Below are positions 18,101 to 26,401 of a stretch of DNA of 64,000 nucleotides, one piece after another. A program made the translations under genes and the position numbers. This DNA is from Thermoplasmata archaeon (GTDB taxonomy: Archaea > Thermoplasmatota > Thermoplasmata > Lutacidiplasmatales > UBA184), in the NCBI GenBank assembly GCA_022750155.1, contig JAKIWG010000004.1:20783-84782 (forward strand), given 5' to 3'. Every line of letters begins with the position of its first letter. The first letter of the stretch is position 1. The notes below the pieces were generated by a model. The model worked only from the letters and a program-made list of their open reading frames with translations, had not been told where the DNA came from and did not search any database.

Positions 18101-18658
18101 GTGCACGAGGGTCGCCGTGCCCGCGCTCGAGACGTTGAAGTTGAGCCTTGGGTACGCGTTCAGGATGCGCGCGTCGGTGGTCACCGTGGAGTTCCAGACG
18201 TCGAGGGTGCCCTTGACGGAGCACCAGTAGAGGTGACCGAGCCGCTGGGCGACCGTCCCCGAGTTGCTGATGAATTGTGAGAAGACGATCGTCTCGTTGC
18301 TGATGACGAGGGTACCGCCCGCGAGGACGGAGATGTTCCCCTGCTCGACGTAGACCGAGGACCCGGCTGTGGTCGGCTTGATGTAAAACGGCGAGTTCGA
18401 GGGGCCGACGATCAGGTCGCCGTGGGTTCCGGCGAGCGGGCCGAAATGGGGGCGGATCGCAGGGGCCGGCGCCGCGTCGGCGTGGACCGATCGGAGGGAA
18501 GCGGAGCTCCCCCGGGGTGACGCAGTGTGGGTGGGGATCGTGAGACTACCGAGGATCAGGAGCCCGACAAGGACCGTCAGAAGGAGTGCCGGAGCGATAC
18601 TCGCCGTCGACCTTTCGGTCCCTCCGACGGCTGGAGGGATGTGGTGAAAATGGTCCAC
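15170..18658 (-). CDS. Giant type I membrane surface protein: signal anchor, beta-helix/CARDB-like sequon-rich ectodomain, TM helix, cytoplasmic tail with three zinc ribbons
   Basis: N-terminal hydrophobic anchor (IAPALLLTVLVGLLILG). About 850 aa of S/T/G/N-rich ectodomain. TM helix LLYWIIIAIGVAAVLAVLFLYVI. Then CGECG..CPKCG, CSRCG..CPECA and a terminal CQTCG..CPFCG separated by a Pro/Ala/Ser-rich linker. Confidence 0.85.
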   Translation of the reverse strand: MDHFHHIPPAVGGTERSTASIAPALLLTVLVGLLILGSLTIPTHTASPRGSSASLRSVHADAAPAPAIRPHFGPLAGTHGDLIVGPSNSPFYIKPTTAGSSVYVEQGNISVLAGGTLVISNETIVFSQFISNSGTVAQRLGHLYWCSVKGTLDVWNSTVTTDARILNAYPRLNFNVSSAGTATLVHSSFQFPGYVNVYGSGSSLLLNASNITRNFAILNAPENLSLLHDSISAPATTVSGGAHLSMWASSILNYFRDNTTRWGMPGAAPVYSNGAHSVSSGGGSTWNTWTTPTDSENLTRAVADPTIAGADLAFSYSTPYDQKTTGANSLTFGGTYALGQVDFTGRNYAVVALPQGAVNAINAAGITGYLNASGAFGGPSTISLTISATNGSAAISIFNVSILVTPVLDYNLTVAGAGSSITAVDSTLDLNWNLTPGSSVSSGIPIPWAWGSQKLLLNGGATAYLANLSVTTPKVGVFWNASAVLPDPTSTAYLYRWIDFPVTGAGGSALAGAQLAAFYSYDSNQLNNATATTLNNLATADPSLNAYLSSWLAARHLASYGVTDAQGVGSLLLASGVLTQATLPDGTFLGGYHVAVTLAGGGPNSTKWISAATTPYPAQMTPASADQAATTAYPAYRPELSLGALTFSVGGAPVAPASVRIGDSLEISGVVKNIGSGPVASYDANLSYIVGAKFPRSPVAPNQTFPALTAGSSRFVNFTWTVSESIVGQRGTVQAQVVLEVLWNGGGGPIGGVSEAIINVTVEPSLVHLTLTAPTGNYQSGTDIPVNGTVEFSGKGFAIINVSAITSSGRSYLIGQFTSVPGPYNGFIALDAGMPSGTYSINVTAYYNTVTGYSVYPAAFTVGSTSSSPSTGLLDQKFLGVPLLYWIIIAIGVAAVLAVLFLYVIPRQARGKLVECGECGSLIPETATQCPKCGAEFETDLVRCSRCGSTIPSNSTVCPECAAQLLGKPDEGAKDPERQGYADFVERFRAESKKELGDNYSEGAFWDWWKRQGSYTSFSQWKLQQSAGSRVGMGAPVVSESAPQPEADTQGSSPAVGTPPKRGGGSGGSSGTAAPAAASTRPPAKPTPPSGSPPPAQTGAPSRATGRSSAPPAATTPSTAPAAAASGGAPMVVEGGMKPCQTCGKEIPPDYLVCPFCGAVTR

Positions 18659-18683
18659 GAACGAATTAAAGGCGGCGTCCCGG

Positions 18684-18691
18684 TATAAAAA
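18684..18691 (-). promoter_or_regulatory. TATA box (TTTTTATA on the minus strand) for the 1162-aa surface protein gene
   Basis: 26-33 bp upstream of the ATG at 18658, in the short gap after the oxidoreductase stop. Confidence 0.5.
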
Positions 18692-18747
18692 TCATCGGGG
18701 CGAGCCGGCGACGCCCGCGCGGTGGGGGGGGGCCGCGACCGGAGGCT

Positions 18748-19785
18748 CTAGACCGTGGTCCGTACCACGACCTTTCCGAACAGGTCCGGCGCCTCCATGC
18801 GGTCGAACGCGGCCTTCGCGTCGGTCCAGTCGAACACCCGATCGACGACCGGTACCAATCGGCGGTCGGCGAGCTCGCGCAGCACGGCATCGAACTCGGC
18901 GGCAGTCGCCATCGTGCTCCCCCGCACCGAGGCCTGTCGCCAGAACAGGGTCCGGAGGTCGAGGTCCACGAGGGGGCCGGCCGTGGCCCCGATGACCACG
19001 ACGCGACCCCCGCGGGCGAGGCTTCGGACCGATCGCGGAACGGTCGGGGCGCCGACCGAGTCGAAGATGAGGTCCACGCCCCGTTTCGCGCTCCACTCCC
19101 AGAGGGCCCGGTCGAGCGGCTTCTCCTCGGTGAGGAGGAGTACGTCCTCGGCCCCGAGCCGCCGGCACCGTTCGAACTTCTCCGGCGAGCGCGTCAGCAC
19201 CACCACACGGGCGCCCGCGTTCTTGGCGATCTGGATCGCCGCCGTGGCGACCCCCCCTCCCCCGCCGATGATCGCGACCGTCTCCCCGGCCCGCACGGCG
19301 CCCACGGTCCGGATCGCCCGCCATGCCGTCTGGAAGACCAGCGGGACCGAGGCCCCCTCCTCGAACGACAGCGCCGGGGGGAGCGGATGGACGTTGCGGC
19401 GGGGGACGACCACATGACCGGTCGCCGTCCCCTGGGTGTGCTCGCCCACGATCCGGTACGCCCGGCACAGGCACTCCTGACCGGCCCGGCACTCCGGGCA
19501 GGTCGCATCCCAGAGCCCTGGATTCAGGAGCACCTTGGACCCCACCGGGAGGCCCGACACTCCCTCCCCCAGCGCGTCGACCACGCCGGCTCCGTCGGAG
19601 CCCAGGACGTGGGGGCGCTCGATCGGAACGCCGGGGATCCCGCTCAGGACGAACCGGTCGTGGCGATTGATGGCGGCGGCGCGGATCGCGATCCGCACCT
19701 CACCAGGCCCGGGCTCCGGGCGCGGAATCTCGACCCAGCCTACGCGGTCCGCTCCGCCGTGCTCTTGGAACCCGAGCCCGATCAT
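18748..19785 (-). CDS. Zinc-type alcohol dehydrogenase / quinone oxidoreductase (MDR superfamily)
   Basis: GEVRIAIRAAAINRHD, GSDGAGVV and the Rossmann segment VAIIGGGGGVATAAIQIAKNAGARVV. Start trimmed to the ATG at 19785, which overlaps the cysS stop (ATGA). Confidence 0.8.
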   Translation of the reverse strand: MIGLGFQEHGGADRVGWVEIPRPEPGPGEVRIAIRAAAINRHDRFVLSGIPGVPIERPHVLGSDGAGVVDALGEGVSGLPVGSKVLLNPGLWDATCPECRAGQECLCRAYRIVGEHTQGTATGHVVVPRRNVHPLPPALSFEEGASVPLVFQTAWRAIRTVGAVRAGETVAIIGGGGGVATAAIQIAKNAGARVVVLTRSPEKFERCRRLGAEDVLLLTEEKPLDRALWEWSAKRGVDLIFDSVGAPTVPRSVRSLARGGRVVVIGATAGPLVDLDLRTLFWRQASVRGSTMATAAEFDAVLRELADRRLVPVVDRVFDWTDAKAAFDRMEAPDLFGKVVVRTTV

Positions 19786-21227
19786 TCCGACGCGCGCCGA
19801 AGTTCCCAATGGGTCGTACCGCCACGGTCCTCCACGTGGATCCCCGCCGCCTTCAGTTCGTCCCGGATCCGGTCGGCCTCGGCAAAGTCGTTCCGCTCCC
19901 GCGCGCGTCGGCGTGCCTCGAGCGCGACGCGGACGGAGGCGGCGAGTTCTTCGGACGGTCCCGCACCGGTGGCGATGAGGGGTAGCCCGAGGACCTGCTC
20001 CGACCACCGGTAGGGCGAGAGGAGGGTCTCCATGGCGGTTCCGCTGAGGGTTTCGAACGGTTGCGGCAGGACCGAGAGGGTTCGGACCCAGCCGAAGAGC
20101 AGGGCGATCGCCTCACGGGTGTTGAAATCGTTCGCCATGACCTCGTCGAGCCGCGAGACGAGGTCGTCGGCCTCCGCGACGGTGCTCTCGGGCAGTTCGG
20201 CCCCCTCGCGGTCGGGACCGTCCCGGGTCAACAGCGCCGTGAGACGTCGATAGGGAGCGGACCAGCGCTCGAATGCCTCGCCCGCCTCCGGGAGGCTCTT
20301 CCCCTCGACGAAGTCGAGGGGGCTCCGGTAGTGGGCATTGAGGTAGAAGAACCGCAGGACCTCGGGTCCCGCCTCGTCGATCGTCGCCGCGAGGCGGACG
20401 ACGTTTCCGAGGGACTTCGACATCTTCTCGCCGCGCAGGTTGAGCATCCCGGCGTGCATCCAGAAGTTCACGAGGGGGGACTCGCCGGTGGCGGCCTCCG
20501 CCTGGGCGATCTCGGCCTCGTGGTGGGGGAACTTGAGGTCGAGCCCCCCCCCGTGGAGGTCGTATCGCGCCCCGAGGAGCCGCACCGTGATCGCGGTGTC
20601 CTCGATGTGCCACCCCGGTCGTCCTGGTCCCCACGGGCTCTCCCACCAGGGCTCGCCGGGCGTCGCGGCCTTCCATAGGACGAAGTCCTCGGGAGCCCGT
20701 TTGCCCGCCTCGGGCGTCACCCGGGTGCCCGGCCGCTGGGCCTCGGTCTTCTGACCGGACAACCGGCCGTAGGCGGGGAACCGGGCCACATCGTAGTACA
20801 CGGATCCGGAGGCGGGGTAGGCGAAGCTCCCCTCGACCAACTTCTGGATCTGGGCGACGATCTCCGGCACGTAGTCGGTGGCGAACGGGTAGTAGTTCAC
20901 CGAGCGGACCCCCAGCCGCTCCATGGAGCCGGTCCACGCGGCGAAATGACGTTCCGCGAGGAGCAACGGGTCGGTCCCTTCGGCGCCCCCCCGCTGGATC
21001 AACCGGTCGTCGAGGTTCGTGACGTTCTGCACGTAGAAGACCCGGTAGCCCCAGCGCCGCAGGGCGCGGGCGACGACGTCGAAGGTGACGAACGTCCTTC
21101 CGTGCCCGATGTGCGCCTCGTCGTAAGGGGTCAACCCGCAGACGAACAGCCCGACCTTCGGAGGCGTGATCGGAACGAACAGCCGGCTCTCCCTGCTGAG
21201 GGTGTCGTAGATCTGGATCCGGCGCAC
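19782..21227 (-). CDS. cysS: Cysteine--tRNA ligase
   Basis: Class I signatures HIGHGRT and KMSKS. Length 481 aa. Confidence 0.93.
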   Translation of the reverse strand: MRRIQIYDTLSRESRLFVPITPPKVGLFVCGLTPYDEAHIGHGRTFVTFDVVARALRRWGYRVFYVQNVTNLDDRLIQRGGAEGTDPLLLAERHFAAWTGSMERLGVRSVNYYPFATDYVPEIVAQIQKLVEGSFAYPASGSVYYDVARFPAYGRLSGQKTEAQRPGTRVTPEAGKRAPEDFVLWKAATPGEPWWESPWGPGRPGWHIEDTAITVRLLGARYDLHGGGLDLKFPHHEAEIAQAEAATGESPLVNFWMHAGMLNLRGEKMSKSLGNVVRLAATIDEAGPEVLRFFYLNAHYRSPLDFVEGKSLPEAGEAFERWSAPYRRLTALLTRDGPDREGAELPESTVAEADDLVSRLDEVMANDFNTREAIALLFGWVRTLSVLPQPFETLSGTAMETLLSPYRWSEQVLGLPLIATGAGPSEELAASVRVALEARRRARERNDFAEADRIRDELKAAGIHVEDRGGTTHWELRRASE

Positions 21228-21231
21228 CCGT

Positions 21232-22377
21232 TCAGACCCCCTTGAGCGCCGAGCGGACCGCGTCGGCCAGGTCGGCCGGGTCCTCGATCCCGCACGAGAA
21301 CCTCAGCAGTCCGTCGGTGACCCCTCCCGCCTCGCGCTGCGCCTTCGGCACGCTCGCATGGGTCATCGTCGCGGGGTGATCGATCAGCGACTCGACGCCC
21401 CCGAGACTCTCGGCGAGGGTGAATATCTCGAGGGCCTTGAGGAACCTGCGTGCGGCCGGAAGACCTCCGGTCAGCTCCGCGCTCAGCATTCCCCCGAATC
21501 CCTCCATCTGGCGGCGGGCGAGGGCGTGCTGGGGATGCCGGACGAGCCCCGGGTAATGGACGGCGGAGACCTTCGGACTCTTCTCGAGGACCTCGGCGAC
21601 GGCGCGGGCCCCCTCCCCGTGGGCCCGCATTCGGACCCCGAGCGTGTGGATCCCCCGGAGGACCAGGAACACGTCGAACGGGCTCGGGACCGCCCCGACC
21701 GCGTTCTGGAGCCAACGCATGCGTTCGCCGAGCTCGGGCGCCTTTACCACGAGGGCCCCTCCAATGATGTCGGAGTGTCCGCCCAGGTACTTGGTCGACG
21801 AGTGGAGGACGATGTCCGCGCCGAGCTCGAGCGGGCGCTGGAGCGCGGGCGACGCGAACGTGTTGTCGACGGCCACCAGGGCCCCGCTGCGATGAGCCCG
21901 CATCGAAAGGTCGGCGATGTCGGCGAGCCGCATCAACGGGTTCGTCGGGGTTTCGAAGTAGACCAATGCCGCAGGTCCTTTGGCGAGCTCGGCCTCCAGG
22001 TTCGCACCGCGCGCCAGGTCCACGTAGTCCACGACGATGCCGAACTGGCGGCGGTGGTGCTCGAACAGCCGCCAGGTGCCTCCGTAGAGGTCGTTCCCCG
22101 CGACGATCCGGCTGCCCGAAGGGAACTGTTCCAACAGCGTCGTCAGGGCGCCCAGCCCCGAGGAGAACGCGAGGCCCACGGCCCCCGACTCCAGGGCGGC
22201 GAGCGCGTTCTCCAGCACGGTGCGCGTGGGGTTCGCCGAGCGGCCGTAGACGTACCCCTTGTGCTTGTTCGGGGCCGACTGGGCGAACGTGCTCGACAGG
22301 TAGATCGGCGGATTCACGGCCCCCGTGAGGGGGTCGGGTGGCTGCGCGGCGTGGATCAGCTTGGTGTCAAACCGCAT
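21232..22377 (-). CDS. PLP-dependent trans-sulfuration enzyme (cystathionine gamma-lyase/gamma-synthase family)
   Basis: The N-terminus 'TKLIHAAQPPDPLTGAVNPPIYLSSTF' and the PLP-lysine region 'HSSTKYLGGHSD' are typical of the Cys/Met metabolism PLP family. Confidence 0.88.
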   Translation of the reverse strand: MRFDTKLIHAAQPPDPLTGAVNPPIYLSSTFAQSAPNKHKGYVYGRSANPTRTVLENALAALESGAVGLAFSSGLGALTTLLEQFPSGSRIVAGNDLYGGTWRLFEHHRRQFGIVVDYVDLARGANLEAELAKGPAALVYFETPTNPLMRLADIADLSMRAHRSGALVAVDNTFASPALQRPLELGADIVLHSSTKYLGGHSDIIGGALVVKAPELGERMRWLQNAVGAVPSPFDVFLVLRGIHTLGVRMRAHGEGARAVAEVLEKSPKVSAVHYPGLVRHPQHALARRQMEGFGGMLSAELTGGLPAARRFLKALEIFTLAESLGGVESLIDHPATMTHASVPKAQREAGGVTDGLLRFSCGIEDPADLADAVRSALKGV

Positions 22378-23767
22378 GATGCTCCCCCCGGACCGATAGG
22401 TAGGACAAGAGGTCGTGACGGGTGAGCAGGCCGACGGCGAGACCGGACGCGCCGTCGCGCACCAGGAGGGCTCGCTCTTCCTTCAGCCGGCGGAGCACCT
22501 CCGCGACCGGGGTGTCCATCGCCACTTCGGGGAACGGGGGTCCGAGGACCGAGCTCACCGTACGCTCCAACACGTTCTGGTCCCCGATCGTCGCCCGCAG
22601 GATCTCCTCCTCCTGGATGCTTCCGACGTTCTGACGGCCGGCGAGCACGGGCATCTGGGAGATCCCGTGGCGACGCAGCGTCGAGAGCGCGTCCCGGATG
22701 ACGGTCGTCGGGTCGGCGCTCACAAGCGCGGGAACCGACTCCTTCGCCCCCACAAGGTCCCCGGCGGTGGAACCCGCATCGAGGAACCCCTTCTCGCGCA
22801 TCCACTCGTCCGAGTAGAACTTCGAGATGTACCGGTCCCCGGAGTCGGGAAGCACGATCACGACCGTCGACCCCTCGGGCACGGGACGGCGTGCGAGCCA
22901 TTTGAGCGCCCCGGCGACCGCGGACCCGGAGGAGCCCCCCACGAACAGTCCCTCCTCCCGCGCCAGCCGTCGCGCCATGAGGAACGACTCCTGGTCCTCG
23001 ACCTCCACGAACTCGTCCAGGAACTGGAACTGCACGGTCTTCGGCACCATGTCCTCCCCGATCCCCTCCACCTGGTACGGAACCGCCCGGATGAGCTCCT
23101 TGGTCCGGAAGAAGTGGCCGAGGACGCTTCCTTTCGGGTCCACGGCGACGACCCGGACGCTCGGGTGGTGCTCCTTCAGGTATCGACCGATCCCGCTGAT
23201 CGTCCCCCCGGTCCCGATCGTCGCGACGACCGCCGAGAGCCCCTCCCCCGCATCGCGCACGATCTCCGGGGCGGTCGTCCGGTAGTGCGCCCCCGGGTTC
23301 TCCGCGTTCTCGTACTGGTTCGGATAGTAGGAGTTCGGGATCTCCTGGGCGAGCCGTCGGGCGACCGAGTAGTGGCTCATGGGGTGGTCCGGCGGCACTC
23401 CGCTCGGGGTGATCACGACGCGAGCCCCGTACGCTCGAAGCAGCCGGATCTTCTCCGCGCTCATCTTTTCCGGGAGGACGAAGACGCAGTGGTACCCGCG
23501 CACCGCCGCCACCAGTGCGAGTCCGACCCCCGTGTTGCCGCTCGTCGCTTCGATGATCGTCCCTCCCGGTTTGAGGAGCCCACGCGACTCCGCCTCCGCG
23601 ACCATGGCCGGACCGATCCGGTCCTTGACCGACCCGCCGGGATTGAGGAACTCCAGCTTGACGAGCAGCCGATAGGGAAGGCCCCGGCCGATCCGATGCA
23701 GGGGGATCAGGGGAGTCTCCCCGACGAGGTCCAAGATCGTCTGCGGAGGCTGGCGTTCGCCGCCCAT
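22367..23767 (-). CDS. Cystathionine beta-synthase-like enzyme (CysK-type PLP domain plus tandem CBS domains)
   Basis: LDLVGETPLIPL..LNPGGSVKDR (PLP lysine), SGNTGVGLA, then a C-terminal CBS pair (..HGISQMPVL..). Start set at ATG 23767 (the ORF extends to 24214). 11-bp overlap with the downstream gene. Confidence 0.85.
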   Translation of the reverse strand: MGGERQPPQTILDLVGETPLIPLHRIGRGLPYRLLVKLEFLNPGGSVKDRIGPAMVAEAESRGLLKPGGTIIEATSGNTGVGLALVAAVRGYHCVFVLPEKMSAEKIRLLRAYGARVVITPSGVPPDHPMSHYSVARRLAQEIPNSYYPNQYENAENPGAHYRTTAPEIVRDAGEGLSAVVATIGTGGTISGIGRYLKEHHPSVRVVAVDPKGSVLGHFFRTKELIRAVPYQVEGIGEDMVPKTVQFQFLDEFVEVEDQESFLMARRLAREEGLFVGGSSGSAVAGALKWLARRPVPEGSTVVIVLPDSGDRYISKFYSDEWMREKGFLDAGSTAGDLVGAKESVPALVSADPTTVIRDALSTLRRHGISQMPVLAGRQNVGSIQEEEILRATIGDQNVLERTVSSVLGPPFPEVAMDTPVAEVLRRLKEERALLVRDGASGLAVGLLTRHDLLSYLSVRGEHHAV

Positions 23768-23790
23768 CGCCCGGAGGATTCCGGGAGGTC

Positions 23791-23798
23791 CATAAACA
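23791..23798 (-). promoter_or_regulatory. TATA-like box (TGTTTATG on the minus strand) for the CBS operon
   Basis: 24-31 bp upstream of ATG 23767. This supports that start over the upstream in-frame ATGs. Confidence 0.4.
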
Positions 23799-24088
23799 CT
23801 TGGGGAGCCCAGGCCGGAGGCCGTACCGATACCCACCGGTTCGTACGCCCCCCCCATAAGAGCGAGGATTCCTCGATCCTTCGTGGTACCGCGCATAGGG
23901 GGCAGCCGGCGGATTTCCCCTCCGGTCCGGGCCCCCGCTTCGAACCCCGGCCACGCGGGGTTGTGTGCCGCGGTGGGCCGGAGGAGCCTCCGAACGGGTC
24001 CGCCCCCGCGACCGACCCCGGGCTCCCTCCGTACGCGACGACTTTGGCAATTCGGACGACGGCACACCCCAAGGGCCGCAGGAGCCCG

Positions 24089-25036
24089 GTGAGCGTGGTG
24101 ATCCCCACGCTCAACGGTGCCCTCGCGCCCTACGTCCTCCTCGCCGCGATCATGGTCGGCGCGAACCTGTACCTGCTTACCCGGACTTTCCCACGGCAAG
24201 GAGGCACCCCGCACTTCGGCACGATCGTCCTGGTCGTCGGGATCCTGCTGATGACCGCCGTGCTTTGGCTCGCCCTGATCGACGCGGTCCTCGATCCGGG
24301 GGACTCGTCCACGGTCGCGGTGTTCGTCGCGGGCAACAGCATGATGGGAGTCTTCGGGGCGTGGATGATCGCCGTCTTCTATCGGGCCGAAGAGAAACGG
24401 CTCCCCCCGAGCGGCTGGCAGTGGCCCACGACCTTCGCCCTGCTCGTCGTCGGGTCCGAGCTCCTCATGGGGATCGCCTACGTGCTTGCGCTGGGTGGTG
24501 CCTCCCAGTACGTCGCCGGGGGGGAGGCTGGATTCGTCTCTCTCCTCCGCGATTCCGTCGGATCCGTATGGTTCGCCTTCGCCATGCTCGCAAACATGCT
24601 CCTGCTGATTACCTGGCTACCGTTCCCCCGCGTCGAGCGGGTGGCCCTCGGCGGCCTGGCCGCTTCCACTGGCTTGGCGCCCTGGATCATCGCCGGATCC
24701 CCGGCGGCCGTGGCCGCGATGGGGGCGATCATGGGGGGAGTGCTCGGCGTCGGCATCTTCCTGATCGTGAGGTCGACGTCGACGACCGTTCGATCGGTCG
24801 AGACGCTGGAGGGGGTGGCCGCGGGATTCGCGTTGATGATGGGAACCGGACTCGCCGGGCTGGCGATCCCCGGACTCCTCGGGGGCACGTTCCTGTTCGC
24901 CCTCGGCACCCTGGTCGTGATGGGGGGCGAACTCGTCTACATCGGCCGCTGGGCACTCGCGCGGCCCGTCGCGGCCCCGACCCCTGCCGACCCGACCGCG
25001 TCCGACCGCACTCCCACGGCGGTGGTGGGGTCGTGA
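24089..25036 (+). CDS. Polytopic membrane protein (about 8 TM helices), first gene of the BlaI/BlaR1-like operon
   Basis: A GTG start at 24089 preserves the first TM helix (ALAPYVLLAAIMVGANLYLL) and is preceded by AGGAG at 24080-24084. The upstream 558 aa of the 873-aa ORF are antisense to CBS. Confidence 0.7.
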   Translation: MSVVIPTLNGALAPYVLLAAIMVGANLYLLTRTFPRQGGTPHFGTIVLVVGILLMTAVLWLALIDAVLDPGDSSTVAVFVAGNSMMGVFGAWMIAVFYRAEEKRLPPSGWQWPTTFALLVVGSELLMGIAYVLALGGASQYVAGGEAGFVSLLRDSVGSVWFAFAMLANMLLLITWLPFPRVERVALGGLAASTGLAPWIIAGSPAAVAAMGAIMGGVLGVGIFLIVRSTSTTVRSVETLEGVAAGFALMMGTGLAGLAIPGLLGGTFLFALGTLVVMGGELVYIGRWALARPVAAPTPADPTASDRTPTAVVGS

Positions 25037-25482
25037 ACGGGAGCCGCTCGGGGCCGCGGCACGGAGCGTCCGCCGCCACGGTTAAGACCCAAACGGCCCC
25101 TGCGGTTCCTCCCCCAGAGGTTGGTTTGATCGGATCGCTTGAGGCCGATGTCCTCTCATCGCTGCGGCTCCTCAAGGAGGCGCCCGCGCGCGACGTTCGC
25201 TCGGCGCTCCGCGAGCGGGGCGTCCAGGTCGCCTACACGACCGTGGCCACGATCCTCGGCCGCCTCTGGGCGAAAGGACTCGTCCGGCGACGCCGCGAGA
25301 CATGCCGAGGGGGAGAGCGATACGTCTACCGACCCGTCAACTTCGAGCGGAAGTACCTCCGGGGCGTCCTCCAGGGGGTCGTTTCGCTCTTCGGACCGTC
25401 GGGCGTGGTCCATCTGAGCGAGGAGCTCTCCAAGCTCGACCCCGCGCAGGAACGAGAGCTCCGCCGCCGCCTCGGCCTGTAG
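25033..25482 (+). CDS. BlaI/MecI/CopY-family winged-helix transcriptional repressor
   Basis: 'LEADVLSSLRLLKEAPARDVRSALRERGVQVAYTTVATILGRLWAKGLVRRR..YVYRP' matches the penicillinase-repressor fold pattern. A GTGA overlap with the upstream gene suggests a start at 25033. Alternative TTG at 25126. Confidence 0.7.
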   Translation: MNGSRSGPRHGASAATVKTQTAPAVPPPEVGLIGSLEADVLSSLRLLKEAPARDVRSALRERGVQVAYTTVATILGRLWAKGLVRRRRETCRGGERYVYRPVNFERKYLRGVLQGVVSLFGPSGVVHLSEELSKLDPAQERELRRRLGL

Positions 25483-25501
25483 CGCCGGGAGGGGTGGATC
25501 G

Positions 25502-26401
25502 GTGTTCCCCCCGGTCGTCGTCTTGCTGTACGCTCCGGTCGTGGTCTGGGTCGCGACGGGCCTCGGACTGCTGCTCTCGTTCCGACGCTCCGCCCCGCCG
25601 GTGGTCCTCCGGCTCGCGGCGGCGTTCATGGCCCTGTGGGCGCTCCTGGCCACCACCACCCTCGTTTGGGTACTGGACAACGGGGGCTGGGCCGCGATCG
25701 TCGAGCTCGTGCGATCCCCGCTGCTGCTGTTCAGTCCCCGATACTCGGCGGCATGGCTACTCGGCGCGGTCGGCGCCGTGCTCGTCTTCGGCGTCGCGTT
25801 CGTCGTGAACCAGCTCGTGGGCCGAGGATTCCTGCGCCTCCTACGCACTTCGACCGTCCCGTGGCCGGTGGGCCTCTCGAGGCCGTCGGTCCGGACGAGC
25901 CTGCTGTCGTTCCGCTCCGAACGGGCGGAGGCCTTCTCCTTCACCCTCCTCGAACTGGGCCGCGGGGGTCCGGCCCGATGGCACCGCCACGAGGTGATCC
26001 TCCTCTCGCGCGCGCTCTGGTCCCGGCTGGAGCCGGACGAGCGAGAGGCTGTCGTCGCCCACGAACTCGGCCACCTTAGGGGGCTCGACGGGCGCTACCT
26101 GACCTTCCTCCGCACGCTCTCGCGGATGATGCGCTGGGACCCGTTGCTCGCGTACCTTACGGCGCGGCTGACCTCGCGCGAGGAGTACCGGGCCGATTAC
26201 GAAGCGGCGATGATGACCCGGCGGCCGTTGTCCCTGGCCCGGGCCCTGTACAAGGTCTGTACCCCCTCCGGTCCTCCGTCTACGACGCATGCCGCCTTCC
26301 TCGGCGGCGGGGGTTCGCGCGGGCGCCGGGAAGCGATGGAACGGATCCGCCGCCTGGTCGCGCTCTCCGAGTCCTCCGAGTTCGGAGGGTCGGTTGAGTA
26401 G
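25502..26401 (+). CDS. BlaR1-like membrane metalloprotease (M48/M56 family, HExxH)
   Basis: N-terminal TM helices, then 'EREAVVAHELGHLRGLDGRY' (HExxH zinc motif). GTG start preceded by GGGAGGGG. Confidence 0.75.
   Translation: MFPPVVVLLYAPVVVWVATGLGLLLSFRRSAPPVVLRLAAAFMALWALLATTTLVWVLDNGGWAAIVELVRSPLLLFSPRYSAAWLLGAVGAVLVFGVAFVVNQLVGRGFLRLLRTSTVPWPVGLSRPSVRTSLLSFRSERAEAFSFTLLELGRGGPARWHRHEVILLSRALWSRLEPDEREAVVAHELGHLRGLDGRYLTFLRTLSRMMRWDPLLAYLTARLTSREEYRADYEAAMMTRRPLSLARALYKVCTPSGPPSTTHAAFLGGGGSRGRREAMERIRRLVALSESSEFGGSVE

Noticed and set aside
22367-24214. N-terminal extensions of maximal ORFs: CBS to 24214, gcvH to 14546, ABC permease to 29498, oxidoreductase to 20007, membrane Zn-ribbon protein to 6318, DUF1684 to 45742, rhodanese to 38681 and AIM24 paralogs to 46553/47504.
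   Set aside because: The extensions overlap upstream genes, have shadow-ORF composition, and precede internal ATGs. Those ATGs form ATGA overlaps, or sit 24-33 bp downstream of TATA boxes, and match the usual N-termini of the families.
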